A DNA stretch of 64,000 nucleotides from Patescibacteria group bacterium (lineage in GTDB: Bacteria > Patescibacteriota > Patescibacteriia > UBA10025 > JAHIVO01), in contig JBAZKE010000001.1 of NCBI GenBank assembly GCA_041650915.1, positions 547,097-611,096 of the forward strand, written 5' to 3'. Every line of letters starts with the position of its first letter. The first letter of the stretch is position 1. Positions 38,137 through 48,456 of this stretch are shown here, piece by piece. A program made the position numbers and the translations under genes. The notes below the pieces were generated by a model that worked only from the letters and a program-made list of their open reading frames with translations, was not told the origin of the DNA and did no database searches.

Positions 38137-38272
38137 GCATTAATTGTATCATATTGTGATGTAATTCCAAGCAATAAAAAACGGCTGGAATATCATATGT
38201 ATCATGCCGTATATGAAACATTCTACGTACAAAAAATTAACGATCCGTAGTCTTCATTGAAATAAACAAGAT

Positions 38273-38638
38273 TTACACTTGGATCCTATCCAAAATTATT
38301 TTTATTAAATCTTCCAGCGTTACAATTCCACCGATCAGTTCCGCAGAAAGAATGCAGATCAATGAGCTGCCTGTTGTGAGGAAAATTGCGGGAAAATCAA
38401 CCGAAACAGACGGGTACTTTTTTTGAAACATATCCTTGTAAAAATATCGCACATCAATCGGTAGCGTTTCTGTAAATCGTTTCCATTCATTATTTTCACT
38501 GAGATTGTGCAAAATTAATTTTGAAAGGTTACAAGGAAACGTTTCAGGAATGATGTGACGATGAAAAAAATCAAATGCCTGATTAAAGGGCAGGCTTTTA
38601 GTATTGTAGACTACAATGAGTTGTTTTTGTCTTTCCAT
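38273..38638 (-). CDS. Hypothetical protein.
   Basis: Start MERQKQ avoids overlap with the upstream AKR gene; the ORF track start is 38662. No recognisable motif. Confidence 0.3.
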   Translation of the reverse strand: MERQKQLIVVYNTKSLPFNQAFDFFHRHIIPETFPCNLSKLILHNLSENNEWKRFTETLPIDVRYFYKDMFQKKYPSVSVDFPAIFLTTGSSLICILSAELIGGIVTLEDLIKIILDRIQV

Positions 38639-38643
38639 CGTTC

Positions 38644-39522
38644 TTACACACGTGGACCCCAAATAGTTTCTCCTCGTGGAAAATTTAAGTCAAGTAATTC
38701 AGCATCTTGTGCACTCAGCTGCCAACCCAGAGCTCCTACATTTTCTTCAATGTGATTTACATGAGAAGATCTGAATAAGGTTACCACATTTTTTTTACTG
38801 ATTATCCAATTCAGGGCGGTTTGCGCCGGTGTTTTACTGTACCGCTCTGCAATTTTTCTCAGCAGAGGATTTTGTAAAATTAACGTCGGCGATTCTGAAC
38901 TGTATTTGAGTGGTCGGTACGCGGTAATAATAATGTCATTTTTCGTACAGTATTCAAGCGTGCCAACCTCCTCATGTTCTCGGGCAGACAGGCTGTAATT
39001 TATTTGATTGACGACGATTTTATGATGTGAATATGCTTGTGCTTCTTGCAGTTTCATTGAACTAAAATTGCTGACTCCGATTGCCCGTATGGCTTTTGTT
39101 TCCAGTAAAAAATTCATTGCTTTCATCGTGTTCTCGAGTGGAATATCAGGATTTGGCGCATGGATAAGGTATAAATCCAGATAATCCGTTTTAAGGCGTT
39201 CGAGGCTTCTTTGGCAAGAGTTAATGAGGGTGTCGTATTCAAGATGGGCGGGCAGTACCTTACTCGTAATTTTTAAATCGGCTCTACGGTACGGAGTTAT
39301 GGCTGTCCCGATAATCTGTTCAGAATAACCTTGTGCGTAAACCTCGGCCGTATCAATGTGGGTGATGCCGAGATCAATTGCATATCGAATCGCTTCAATT
39401 TCAGCTTTTTCGTTCGATCGTAGATCGCGTTCATATTTTCCTCCGACTCCCCACGTTCCTAATCCTAGTACAGGAAGCGTGAACTGGCCTGATTTTTTTT
39501 CAGGAATATAAATTTTATCCAT
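38644..39522 (-). CDS. Aldo/keto reductase.
   Basis: LGLGTWGVGG...AIDLGITHIDTAEVYAQGYSEQIIG and the IGVSNF motif. Confidence 0.8.
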   Translation of the reverse strand: MDKIYIPEKKSGQFTLPVLGLGTWGVGGKYERDLRSNEKAEIEAIRYAIDLGITHIDTAEVYAQGYSEQIIGTAITPYRRADLKITSKVLPAHLEYDTLINSCQRSLERLKTDYLDLYLIHAPNPDIPLENTMKAMNFLLETKAIRAIGVSNFSSMKLQEAQAYSHHKIVVNQINYSLSAREHEEVGTLEYCTKNDIIITAYRPLKYSSESPTLILQNPLLRKIAERYSKTPAQTALNWIISKKNVVTLFRSSHVNHIEENVGALGWQLSAQDAELLDLNFPRGETIWGPRV

Positions 39523-40114
39523 ATTGTTGGGCTAAGAAAGTTCTGACTTTTTTAAAAACTATGCCGCGATGGCTGATTGAATCCTTTTCACGGTCCGATA
39601 ATTCGCTGAATGTTTTTTTGCAATTTTTTGGTATAAAAACTTGATCATACGGAAGATGAAAACGAATTTTGCCAGCTGGTTTCAATGCAATAGTTCCGGC
39701 AATGTTCCCACTGAATATAAATTCTTCTTTGTTTGGGGATATTAGCGCAACGATGCTTGTAAAACTGGCGGTGCGCTCTTTTTCAGCATACTGCTTCATT
39801 TTTTGCAATAAAAAATCACGAATCTGTTCGTCAGCAGCGTTATCCCCTGCCCAACGTGCGGAGTTGATGCCGGGATTTCCACCAAGACAATCAACAAAAA
39901 GGCCCGTATCTTCTGCAAGCACCCACTCGTTTATTTCCGCGGCAACTGTTCTTGCCTTAATAAGCGCATTTTGTACCAATGTCGACCCATTTTCGTTTGG
40001 TGCTATATGATAACCGACCTCATCTGCACTTAATACGTTGAATCTGCCGCTAGAAAGCAAAGAACGTATTTCTGAAAATTTTCCTGGATTGTGAGTTGCA
40101 ATGATCAGGTTCAT
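39515..40114 (-). CDS. rdgB: Non-canonical purine NTP pyrophosphatase (RdgB/Ham1).
   Basis: IIATHNPGKFSEI...EDTGLFVDCLGGNPGINSARWAG...FTSIVAL. Confidence 0.8.
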   Translation of the reverse strand: MNLIIATHNPGKFSEIRSLLSSGRFNVLSADEVGYHIAPNENGSTLVQNALIKARTVAAEINEWVLAEDTGLFVDCLGGNPGINSARWAGDNAADEQIRDFLLQKMKQYAEKERTASFTSIVALISPNKEEFIFSGNIAGTIALKPAGKIRFHLPYDQVFIPKNCKKTFSELSDREKDSISHRGIVFKKVRTFLAQQYG

Positions 40115-40116
40115 TC

Positions 40117-41808
40117 CTATATTTTATCAAGTGTTCTTTGATCATGGTTTTTCATTTTTTCCATCAATGTTGCGTCAAATTTTGTTGCTGTAATAATAGA
40201 AGCAAGATGCTCGCCACCAAGTAAGTGCGGCAGGACTACGTAATCAGCCCCTTCGCGATACAAGCGTTTAGCCTCCCAGATTGAATATGCGGTTACGATC
40301 ATAATCGGAACTTTTTTACTATGCCGCTTGATTTCAGCGATGCGTGCTAACAGTTGTGCGTTGTCCGCGTAACTCGGTATCGTTGATATTACGACATGGG
40401 CATTTTCGATATCAACCTCATCCTGTATTTCAGTGTCAGTGATATCACCAAAGTACACTCGATACCCTTCATTACGGAGTGCTCTCGCAATCACCGGATC
40501 AAATTCAACAATACTAAAACGCTTACTGTCGAGAGACCTCAGGAGGTGTCCACCAAGCCGGTGTGCACCGGCGAGGATTATGCCGTTCACTACCTTTTTG
40601 GGGTTAGGAAAGTTTTCCAGAGAATTTTTTCGTTCAAAAAACGACAGAAACCCACGAATGTGTTTATAAATTAATTCGTTATGCTGTATACAATATGTTG
40701 AGGTGATAAAAGTTACGATCCCGACTAGTGTAACCAATGATACATCTTGCGAAGTTACTTGACCGAGCGCGAAACCCATGGCCATCAAAATCAAACTGAA
40801 TTCTGAAATTTGTGCAACTGTTACACTCGAATAAAAGCTCGTTTTCTTTTTAAACCCGAGTATCCCCATAACAGTTAATACGATGATGGGATTGCCAATG
40901 ATTACAAAAACTGAAAGGATTATTGCTGGAACGAGGATTGACCCTATTTGTTCTATAACGAGAGTTGTTCCGAGCACAATAAAAAAAATGAGTATGAAAA
41001 AATCGCGCAACGGCCGCATCTGGGACGCAATTTGGTACTGTTCCAATGATTTTGCAAGGGCAACACCGGCGAGAAAACCGCCAATTTCAGTCGAGAGTCC
41101 AATAAAATCACTTGAGACAAAAGCGCTGATACCGAATGCCCATGCAACACTCGTTACAAAGAGGAGTTCATGCGATGTAGCCAATTTATCGAAAAGCCAT
41201 GGAAAAACCGTTTTTGAAAGCCAGTACGTAATTCCGAATAGTATGGCGCTTTTCGCAATTGTCATTAAAAAAGTAAGTAACTGCAGTGCGTGGTCCCCGG
41301 TTTGAAGTCCTGCGAGAAAGATGAGCATGAAAATTGCCACGATGTCTTGTACGATTAAAAAACCGACGACGATTCTCCCATACAACGTTTGAAGTTCCCT
41401 TTTTTCAGAAAGCAGCTTGACGACTAAAATGGTACTTGAAAAAGTAAGTGCCACCGAAATGTAGAGTGCCGGAATAGTATCAAATCCGAGTATTTTTACA
41501 ATTATAAAACCGACAAAAGCAGTGAATATGATCTGTGCAAATCCGGTAATGAGTGACGCTTTTCCGATCAGCTTGAAGTTATTAAATCGCATTTCAAGGC
41601 CAATCAGAAACAGCAGCAACGTCGTACCAAAGGTTGCCATAACCTCGAGTGTATGAACACTACTCGAGCTTAGTGCGCCGAATGTTGATATTAAAATTCC
41701 TGCTACGAGATACGCTACCAAAGTGGGCTGGCGTACTACTCTTGCCAGTATTCCGAGACCGGCTGCAATTGCTACGATAACAGTTATATCTGTAAATATT
41801 GGATTCAT
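40117..41808 (-). CDS. CPA2-family cation:proton antiporter with a C-terminal TrkA-N (RCK) domain.
   Basis: About 12 TM helices followed by an ILAGAHRLGGHLLRSL Rossmann-like domain. Confidence 0.75.
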   Translation of the reverse strand: MNPIFTDITVIVAIAAGLGILARVVRQPTLVAYLVAGILISTFGALSSSSVHTLEVMATFGTTLLLFLIGLEMRFNNFKLIGKASLITGFAQIIFTAFVGFIIVKILGFDTIPALYISVALTFSSTILVVKLLSEKRELQTLYGRIVVGFLIVQDIVAIFMLIFLAGLQTGDHALQLLTFLMTIAKSAILFGITYWLSKTVFPWLFDKLATSHELLFVTSVAWAFGISAFVSSDFIGLSTEIGGFLAGVALAKSLEQYQIASQMRPLRDFFILIFFIVLGTTLVIEQIGSILVPAIILSVFVIIGNPIIVLTVMGILGFKKKTSFYSSVTVAQISEFSLILMAMGFALGQVTSQDVSLVTLVGIVTFITSTYCIQHNELIYKHIRGFLSFFERKNSLENFPNPKKVVNGIILAGAHRLGGHLLRSLDSKRFSIVEFDPVIARALRNEGYRVYFGDITDTEIQDEVDIENAHVVISTIPSYADNAQLLARIAEIKRHSKKVPIMIVTAYSIWEAKRLYREGADYVVLPHLLGGEHLASIITATKFDATLMEKMKNHDQRTLDKI

Positions 41809-41828
41809 GGCGTGATTTTTAGTTTTTT

Positions 41829-42248
41829 TTATTCTCCAATTATTTTTATAAGAACTCGTTTTTCCCGCTGTCCGTCAAACTCACCGTAAAATACTTGTTC
41901 CCATGGCCCAAAATCGAGCAAACCGCGTGTTACTGCAATAGTAACCTCGCGACCCATGATCGTTCTTTTAAGGTGGGCGTGTGCGTTGTCTTCACCGGTC
42001 AAATTGTGCTTATACCGACCCACGTCTGATGGAACAACCTTTTCAAGCCAGGTTATATAGTCTTCTTTTAATCCTGGTTCTTCATCATTGATAAATACCG
42101 AAGCAGTAATGTGCATGGCATTTACTAGGCAGATTCCTTCTCGGATGCCTGCTCGATTAACAGCTTTTTTAACACTGTCAGTAATATTAATAATTTCAAT
42201 TTTATTATTTGTATTGAAATTAAGGTATTCCGTGTAAGACTTCATCAC
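41829..42248 (-). CDS. YjbQ/UPF0047-family protein (secondary thiamine-phosphate synthase-like).
   Basis: [21 protein letters not shown]...[19 protein letters not shown]. Confidence 0.7.
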   Translation of the reverse strand: MMKSYTEYLNFNTNNKIEIINITDSVKKAVNRAGIREGICLVNAMHITASVFINDEEPGLKEDYITWLEKVVPSDVGRYKHNLTGEDNAHAHLKRTIMGREVTIAVTRGLLDFGPWEQVFYGEFDGQREKRVLIKIIGE

Positions 42249-42258
42249 AGTACACTCC

Positions 42259-42663
42259 CTATGCAGAAGACTTTAAAAGTATGGCAACGACTGCAAAAAT
42301 ACCCCAGTGGATTATAAATGCGGCTAAAACTAAACTATTGAGTCTCACGAATGATCTGTACTGCACATGCTGCATCGTTTTTCGGCATAAATTAACGATG
42401 AGCATGACTGTAATTCCGATGGTGTAGAGAGCCATAACGATACAGAGTGCAAATGCTATGATTTCAATTATACGCCCCTGAACTAAAAAAAACGCTGAAA
42501 CCCGTGTTGGATCTGCCCACCACAGTAACATTGCGTGAATCAACCAAATTTCAAATATCAACATACCCCACAATACTCCCATTATTGTCCAATGGATTGC
42601 CGCCTGTTTTTTAATTGCACTGTCACGCGAATTGGTAGCCTGATCTGAATGAGAATTGGGCAT
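42259..42663 (-). CDS. Small 4-TM hypothetical membrane protein.
   Basis: Hydropathy only. Confidence 0.3.
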   Translation of the reverse strand: MPNSHSDQATNSRDSAIKKQAAIHWTIMGVLWGMLIFEIWLIHAMLLWWADPTRVSAFFLVQGRIIEIIAFALCIVMALYTIGITVMLIVNLCRKTMQHVQYRSFVRLNSLVLAAFIIHWGIFAVVAILLKSSA

Positions 42664-42669
42664 AGGCGA

Positions 42670-43047
42670 TTATTCAAATACGATTGAAATGGAAATAAAA
42701 GTTGCTGCGATAAAAAAAACTAAAACTAAAATATTTAAAAAAATTAAGATCGGTAATTTGGCACGGTAGCCCTTCGTGCCGAGATAAAAACTGATAATAA
42801 CTGTATAGAGTACGATTAAAACATAAGAGTAGGACCACGTACTCGCATTTACAAGTGCACGCATATAGGATTGCGTCGATCCGAAAATAAGTATGACGGG
42901 CGTGAATAGCAATCCAAATACAGTCACCGACCATAGCAATCCGAGGGTAAAGTATGTAAAGAACTTTTTCCAAAAGCTAAAATCAGTCGCGACGTCTTTT
43001 TGGGATTTTGCATGAAACGTGTCGACTGAATTTTCCTTCTTTCTCAT
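42670..43047 (-). CDS. Small 4-TM hypothetical membrane protein.
   Basis: Hydropathy only. A near-consensus promoter lies immediately upstream. Confidence 0.3.
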   Translation of the reverse strand: MRKKENSVDTFHAKSQKDVATDFSFWKKFFTYFTLGLLWSVTVFGLLFTPVILIFGSTQSYMRALVNASTWSYSYVLIVLYTVIISFYLGTKGYRAKLPILIFLNILVLVFFIAATFISISIVFE

Positions 43048-43080
43048 GCACTGACAAGTTATCCCTTTCTTAACACAATG

Positions 43081-43109
43081 ATTATAGCATATTTCCTACA
43101 ATAAAACAA
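43081..43109 (-). promoter_or_regulatory. Candidate sigma-70 promoter for the small-membrane-protein/yjbQ/antiporter run.
   Basis: Minus strand: TTGTTT (43104-43109), 17 bp, TATAAT (43081-43086). An AAAGGGA RBS-like box lies before the ATG at 43047. Confidence 0.4.
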
Positions 43110-43384
43110 GCGAAACGATGGCAGGTATGCTTTACCCAGGAACGTTTAAATCGATATATCACGCGTATTCAACCAATATGTGACTATGATTGTACAGACG
43201 ACTATAGTGCACAGAAAGATAAAAACCGAAATTGCGTCTATACTATTCTAAATGAGTCCGCCAACTGTATCAAGACAAATTAACAAGATACATACTTATC
43301 ACAAGTAATATCTTTTTATCATTGCGATTGTATTGGCAATAACATACTAAATCAACTTGAAAATTACCCACATAATCAATTTGA

Positions 43385-44188
43385 TTATGTTGAAACGTCG
43401 CGCCTATTAAACCAGTAGAAGCCAAAGGCAGTGCAGCTGACTGCTACCGCAGCAAAAACCAACACATCCGTTAAATCAAGTGAATTATTGAGTAGGGCGT
43501 TTTCATAATCATAGTAATAAAAAAATGAAAAGAACTGTGCGTTTTCCCACTTTTCGCTTACGGATGACACAATTTGCATTACATACATGATAACCATCAT
43601 TCCGCCTATGATCATGAAAACTTTACTCCGCTCAGAGAAAATGACTGAGAGGAGCATGGCAATGCTGAACACAGCCCAGCCGAAAATGAAACAGAGCAGT
43701 GAAATTGATAAAAAATTTTCGATAGAATAATCCACATTATGCATGGTAGCGAGAGGGATGATCATAAACGTCGAAGCGACAATGAATAACGCCAATGCGC
43801 TCAATCCTACCAGGTATTTTCCGAAAAAAATTGAGATCCGCGATACGGGACGTGATAAAAGTATTTCAATAGTGCCTTTTTCGATTTCTGATGAAAAAGC
43901 AGCTGCTGCAATGCCTGCCACCATAAAAATGATCAGCACTGGAATCATGAGACTATATTGTTCCATCGCAAGAAAATTTTCTATTTTTGTAAAGCTTGCC
44001 TCAGAGATCGGGAACATATCCTTCAATGCAGGCGGGTAACTTTCCATGAGTGACAATATATTTTCTCCCATATCTTGCATTGTTGGAAACATAAGAATGT
44101 AGAGCCAAAGAAGCAGCACTCCCGAAATGCAAAAAATGAGTATAGAATATTTTCTGTCTTGTAACGTTCTGAGAAATATCGTTTTCAT
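43385..44188 (-). CDS. ABC-2-type transporter permease.
   Basis: Six TM helices, operonic with the ATPase. Confidence 0.65.
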   Translation of the reverse strand: MKTIFLRTLQDRKYSILIFCISGVLLLWLYILMFPTMQDMGENILSLMESYPPALKDMFPISEASFTKIENFLAMEQYSLMIPVLIIFMVAGIAAAAFSSEIEKGTIEILLSRPVSRISIFFGKYLVGLSALALFIVASTFMIIPLATMHNVDYSIENFLSISLLCFIFGWAVFSIAMLLSVIFSERSKVFMIIGGMMVIMYVMQIVSSVSEKWENAQFFSFFYYYDYENALLNNSLDLTDVLVFAAVAVSCTAFGFYWFNRRDVST

Positions 44189-44192
44189 AAAT

Positions 44193-45062
44193 CTATTCGT
44201 AATACTCTAGAAAGATGTCTTCAAGGGTTGCATGTTGAATTTCCACGTCATGTACGTTTAATGTACTGAGTTTTTTTAGAAGTGAATTCACGTCGCCCTT
44301 GACGGTGAGCATGATGCTTTTTGGTAGAATTTTTTTAATTTGGATTCCTTCGAATTGGAAAATTCTTTTATCAAATCCACTTTTAAAATCAATTGCTACC
44401 GAGTAGAGTCGCATTTCCTTGAGATTATGTATGCTTTCAGTTGCAACTATCTTCCCTTTTTTAATAATTCCGACACGGTGACAAATTCTGTCCACTTCAG
44501 CGAGGTTGTGGGAGGAAAAGAATACAGTCGTTCCTTGTTTGGTGACTTCTTCGATCAATTCGTAAGTTGTATTTTGCAGAAGCGGATCAAGGGCGTTTGT
44601 CGGTTCGTCCATAATAAGAATTTCTGGACGAGTCATAAATGCCATGACAATTCCGAGCTTTTGCTTATTGCCCGATGAGAGTGTTTTTACCTTTAAGCTA
44701 GGATCGAAATCAAAGCGTTTGCAAATTGATTGCGCGATATCATTATCGCCATTCAAGTTTTTTACGAAATCAATATGATCTTGGCCTGTCCACTTGTCGT
44801 AAAGCCGCAGCTGCCCGGATAGATAACCGATTTTTTTCTTGAGCTCAACGGAATTTTTCTGTGAGTCCATGCCAAGAATTCTAATTTCACCGCTGGTGGG
44901 TCGAATAAAATCCATCATGCAGCGGATGGTTGTCGTTTTGCCAGCACCATTGGGACCCAGAAAACCAAAAATTTCTCCTTTTTCTACACTAAAGCAGATG
45001 GCATCAACAGCCCTAACGTCCTTAAAGTGCTTTGATAAATTCTTTACTTCTATTACTCCCAT
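44193..45062 (-). CDS. ABC transporter ATP-binding protein.
   Basis: GPNGAGKTT Walker A, LSSGNKQKLGIVMA signature and ILIMDEPTNALD Walker B. Confidence 0.85.
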   Translation of the reverse strand: MGVIEVKNLSKHFKDVRAVDAICFSVEKGEIFGFLGPNGAGKTTTIRCMMDFIRPTSGEIRILGMDSQKNSVELKKKIGYLSGQLRLYDKWTGQDHIDFVKNLNGDNDIAQSICKRFDFDPSLKVKTLSSGNKQKLGIVMAFMTRPEILIMDEPTNALDPLLQNTTYELIEEVTKQGTTVFFSSHNLAEVDRICHRVGIIKKGKIVATESIHNLKEMRLYSVAIDFKSGFDKRIFQFEGIQIKKILPKSIMLTVKGDVNSLLKKLSTLNVHDVEIQHATLEDIFLEYYE

Positions 45063-45121
45063 AGTACTGAATCAATAAATTATTGATGTATTTGCCAAAT
45101 CGTTTTGTATAATTTTAGCAT

Positions 45122-45949
45122 TTATTTTGGAAAAGATCCATTGTATTTAAAAAACAGACGAATGTGAGAAAGCAGTTGATCGTGAAGTTTTGAGTTTGAA
45201 GCAATAATCGTATCATTCCAAAGGGCATTTTTACTTCGATAATTAAGAGTTTCTCCATGCAGGTTTGTAACCTTACCACCTGCCTCTTCCAATATAACCT
45301 GTCCACCGCACGTATCCCACTTGCCCATTTTATAGTGAGTTACCATAAAAAAGTCCGCATCACCAGATGCGACTTTTGCGAGCTTGAGCCCTGTGCTCCC
45401 TTCTGTGCTCTTTCTGAGCACTTTAAAACTTTTTTCAAGTCCGATAAGGGGGCGCGGTTCTCCAGCATGGTCAGCTACGGTCATGTGCGATGTGCTGATC
45501 ATCCCCGTCATACTGACTGAAAGCTTGCTCACGGAACTATCTCGCTGCATAAAAGCACCTTTACCTTTCTGAGCATAGTATAGCAGATTTCTAACTGGAG
45601 AAAATACCAGGCCAAATTCGGGATTTCCATCAATGCAAAGCCCAATTACAACGCAAAAACCGTCATTATCGCGAATAAAATTTTTTGTGCCATCGAGAGG
45701 ATCAACGAGCCACCACCGACCCCGCCCATCATATGATGTGCTCCCTTCTTCTGAGAGCACTCTATCTGCAGGAAACGCTTCAATAATTTTTTGTACAATG
45801 TAGTTATTTGTTTCCGTATCAGCGTCGGTCAGATAATCATAGCGCCCGTTTTTCGTAGCGTATTTTTTCGGTTTTTTAAAGTGCCTCAGCAAAATTTCGC
45901 CCGCCCCTATAGCGATGCTTTTTAATTTATTTACCATACAGGTGCGCAA
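45122..45949 (-). CDS. Inositol monophosphatase-family phosphatase (SuhB/CysQ-like).
   Basis: WWLVDPLDGTKNFI and WDTCGGQVILEEAGG. The start may be M5 at 45937. Confidence 0.7.
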   Translation of the reverse strand: MRTCMVNKLKSIAIGAGEILLRHFKKPKKYATKNGRYDYLTDADTETNNYIVQKIIEAFPADRVLSEEGSTSYDGRGRWWLVDPLDGTKNFIRDNDGFCVVIGLCIDGNPEFGLVFSPVRNLLYYAQKGKGAFMQRDSSVSKLSVSMTGMISTSHMTVADHAGEPRPLIGLEKSFKVLRKSTEGSTGLKLAKVASGDADFFMVTHYKMGKWDTCGGQVILEEAGGKVTNLHGETLNYRSKNALWNDTIIASNSKLHDQLLSHIRLFFKYNGSFPK

Positions 45950-46758
45950 TCTGAAGGAACTCCGTTACTTTCAGCACCGTTCCACGTGCAATCGATAACT
46001 CCGTCAGAATATGGTTGCAATTGGTAATCGACAACATCAATAGTGATGCATTCTGACTGCATAGACACATCATGGCAATCGAAACCATCACATATTTCCG
46101 AACAAAGATTGCCGAGGCAATATAATTCTGCAGTACCGATAACAGCATTGGTAACATCTACCTCATTGCATTTTTTTTGCGATTGATCAGGCTCGCGAAA
46201 AAAAATCCAGACAACAATACCAGTAAAAACTATTAATAAACAACCAAAAACGACGAGAATGACTAATGTGCGTGACGATTTTAATTTGGCTTTTTTTATT
46301 TCAGAAATTATTCGAGTGATGCCGATTTGTGAGAGTCGTTCTTTAACGACGTCCAAATTTGCCAGATTTTCGCAAGTACATTCCAATTCGACGTTATGGC
46401 TGCTGTTATCAAACCATAAAAAGTTTACCTGGACACCGGTACCTTGCCAGCCGTATGCTTGTTTAATAATCGATCTCGGTTTACCGGCCATTCTCGATCT
46501 CAGATTATGTTGCGCAGCATGGTCCGAACTTATGTCATTGATTACACGCTGGAAAACATTGCTGTTTTGTTTGAATATTTCTTGCTGGTATTGAGTGGTT
46601 CCACCGGATTCAATAAGGGTATCGTGCTGTTTTTCAATATCATTTTTTATTTCTGTCGACTGGACACTAGTCTCGTATAAAAATTCGAGATCATATGCAT
46701 TGATTATATGCTGTTTATCATCGGACTTTATTTCAAATTTGAGTGCGTACATTTCCAT
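45931..46758 (-). CDS. Hypothetical single-pass membrane protein with a Cys-rich extracytoplasmic C-terminal domain.
   Basis: Central TM LVILVVFGCLLIVFTGIVVWIFF. The C-terminal 90 aa carry more than 10 Cys (CNEVD...CLGNLCSEICDGFDCHD...CITID...CTWN...CAPVW). Confidence 0.35.
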   Translation of the reverse strand: MEMYALKFEIKSDDKQHIINAYDLEFLYETSVQSTEIKNDIEKQHDTLIESGGTTQYQQEIFKQNSNVFQRVINDISSDHAAQHNLRSRMAGKPRSIIKQAYGWQGTGVQVNFLWFDNSSHNVELECTCENLANLDVVKERLSQIGITRIISEIKKAKLKSSRTLVILVVFGCLLIVFTGIVVWIFFREPDQSQKKCNEVDVTNAVIGTAELYCLGNLCSEICDGFDCHDVSMQSECITIDVVDYQLQPYSDGVIDCTWNGAESNGVPSDCAPVW

Positions 46759-46764
46759 ACGATG

Positions 46765-47073
46765 CTACTGAGCAGTCGATGAGCACGAAGCACGCGAGGT
46801 GGTTTCATCAACATACTCGAGACAAGAACAAAATGAAGGCTCCCCTGTTATTTTGGTGCAGCTCGGTATTAAATTTTTTTCAGTATCACAGAGGCCTATA
46901 CAATCCGTATTTGTCTCACATGGTATGCTGGTTTTTCCAGGATTACCTAAAATACTTGGAGACGGCTCGATGATAATATTACTTGAAAACAAATCAGTGG
47001 TAAAAAAAAGTATACACATTATTCCAAAAGAAATAATGCACGCTGATAAAATGACGATGGCATTAGAATTCAT
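46765..47073 (-). CDS. Small exported or membrane-anchored Cys-rich protein.
   Basis: N-terminal hydrophobic segment followed by CETNTDCIGLCDTEKNLIPSCTKITGEPSFCSCLEYVDE, with 8 Cys in about 50 aa. Confidence 0.35.
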   Translation of the reverse strand: MNSNAIVILSACIISFGIMCILFFTTDLFSSNIIIEPSPSILGNPGKTSIPCETNTDCIGLCDTEKNLIPSCTKITGEPSFCSCLEYVDETTSRASCSSTAQ

Positions 47074-47220
47074 TGATATGATTTTATTTAAAAATTATGA
47101 CAGGCTATCATCTAAAAACTGGCTACTCCGGGGAATAAAAATTGAGCCAAAAAGATTATTCATTGTTTAATTATAACGCAATATCTAATTATATGCCAAT
47201 AAATACCAAAAATGTTTACG

Positions 47221-48456
47221 TTAAATATTGCTCATAGTGTTAACTGGATGTATATAATATTGCCGTAACTGAAAAATATTGGCCAAGAAGAGTATTATAA
47301 GCGAATAGAGCTGCATATCGAATTGATAAGTCCACTCGTGGTTTATGTTCTGTATCAGGGGATTTATTAACCATGGGGGCAAGGCTAAAAGTATAAACAG
47401 AATTATGATAAGTATTATCTGTATCTTTTCCCTATGTACCAGCGCAGAACGAAAAAGTACCACGAGCGGAAAGAGTGCCCAGATAAGGTGATGATGAAAA
47501 ATGTAGTTAGAAAAAAGCAGAGCCGCAAGGATAAGAAGTGATATTTCCAAATTGATTCCGTCTTGCGTCTTCTTTGAATTTTTTACAATATAAATAAAAA
47601 GTATGGCATAGAGAGCAATCACCAGCCATGGCATTGCATATGCAACGGATGGTAGATTAAAATTATTTGCAATGTGGATGGGTAAAGAAGGCCCGATCTC
47701 ACCATGAATCCAGTAACTGCCATTCAGAAGCGAGGGTAATATATTGAATGCAAATTTTATATAATAGTGCACCGCATGAAAACCGCCGATCATCATGGTA
47801 AATATTATTGATGTCAGGCCTATAACTATGGATCCAACGACTGCCCTAAATCTTTTTGTAACAAGCAAATATACAATTATAATCACTGGAAATATTTTTA
47901 TCAATGCCGCAACTGCAATTAACGCTCCAGCGGTAAAATCATACTTTTTAGCAAGTAAGGCAATTCCTCCGAGCATGAGCATTAATACAATCGTGTTGAT
48001 CTGGCCGAGGATCAATGAAAACCAATTTGGATAAAAAAATACAAAAGAAATCAGTACAACTAAAAAAATGAGAGAACGTTTTTCGGCTGGAAAAAAGAAT
48101 GTGAGCAGGTATGCGCTTGCAACAAGCGTAACGATACATATCAAAGTCCATACTACTACCGCAGTTTTAATTTCAGCCAACGAAAGTAGGTATATTGCCG
48201 CAGCTGGAAATGGCGGATAAAGGTATCGGTTTGCGCTTTTTGTATAGCCAAATAATTCGAGTTTCTCATTAATCGCGTTTGTGCTGTAGATATCACGTTT
48301 TTCGTTCATCAGTTCGGCGGCTGCATGGAGCGGCACGTAATCAATCGCGGTGATATCCATTGATAACGCCAGGGATATATACAGAAAGCCGCATGCTACT
48401 AGTGCGAGCAATACTGGTACGATTACAGTGTAATTACGCTTAATGAAATTAATCAT
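47221..48456 (-). CDS. Polytopic membrane glycosyltransferase-like protein (GT-C fold; DUF2029/GT87-like).
   Basis: 411 aa with about 11 TM helices. Its architecture and size resemble DUF2029 mannosyltransferases. Support is weak and motif-free. Confidence 0.3.
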   Translation of the reverse strand: MINFIKRNYTVIVPVLLALVACGFLYISLALSMDITAIDYVPLHAAAELMNEKRDIYSTNAINEKLELFGYTKSANRYLYPPFPAAAIYLLSLAEIKTAVVVWTLICIVTLVASAYLLTFFFPAEKRSLIFLVVLISFVFFYPNWFSLILGQINTIVLMLMLGGIALLAKKYDFTAGALIAVAALIKIFPVIIIVYLLVTKRFRAVVGSIVIGLTSIIFTMMIGGFHAVHYYIKFAFNILPSLLNGSYWIHGEIGPSLPIHIANNFNLPSVAYAMPWLVIALYAILFIYIVKNSKKTQDGINLEISLLILAALLFSNYIFHHHLIWALFPLVVLFRSALVHREKIQIILIIILFILLALPPWLINPLIQNINHEWTYQFDMQLYSLIILFLANIFQLRQYYIHPVNTMSNI

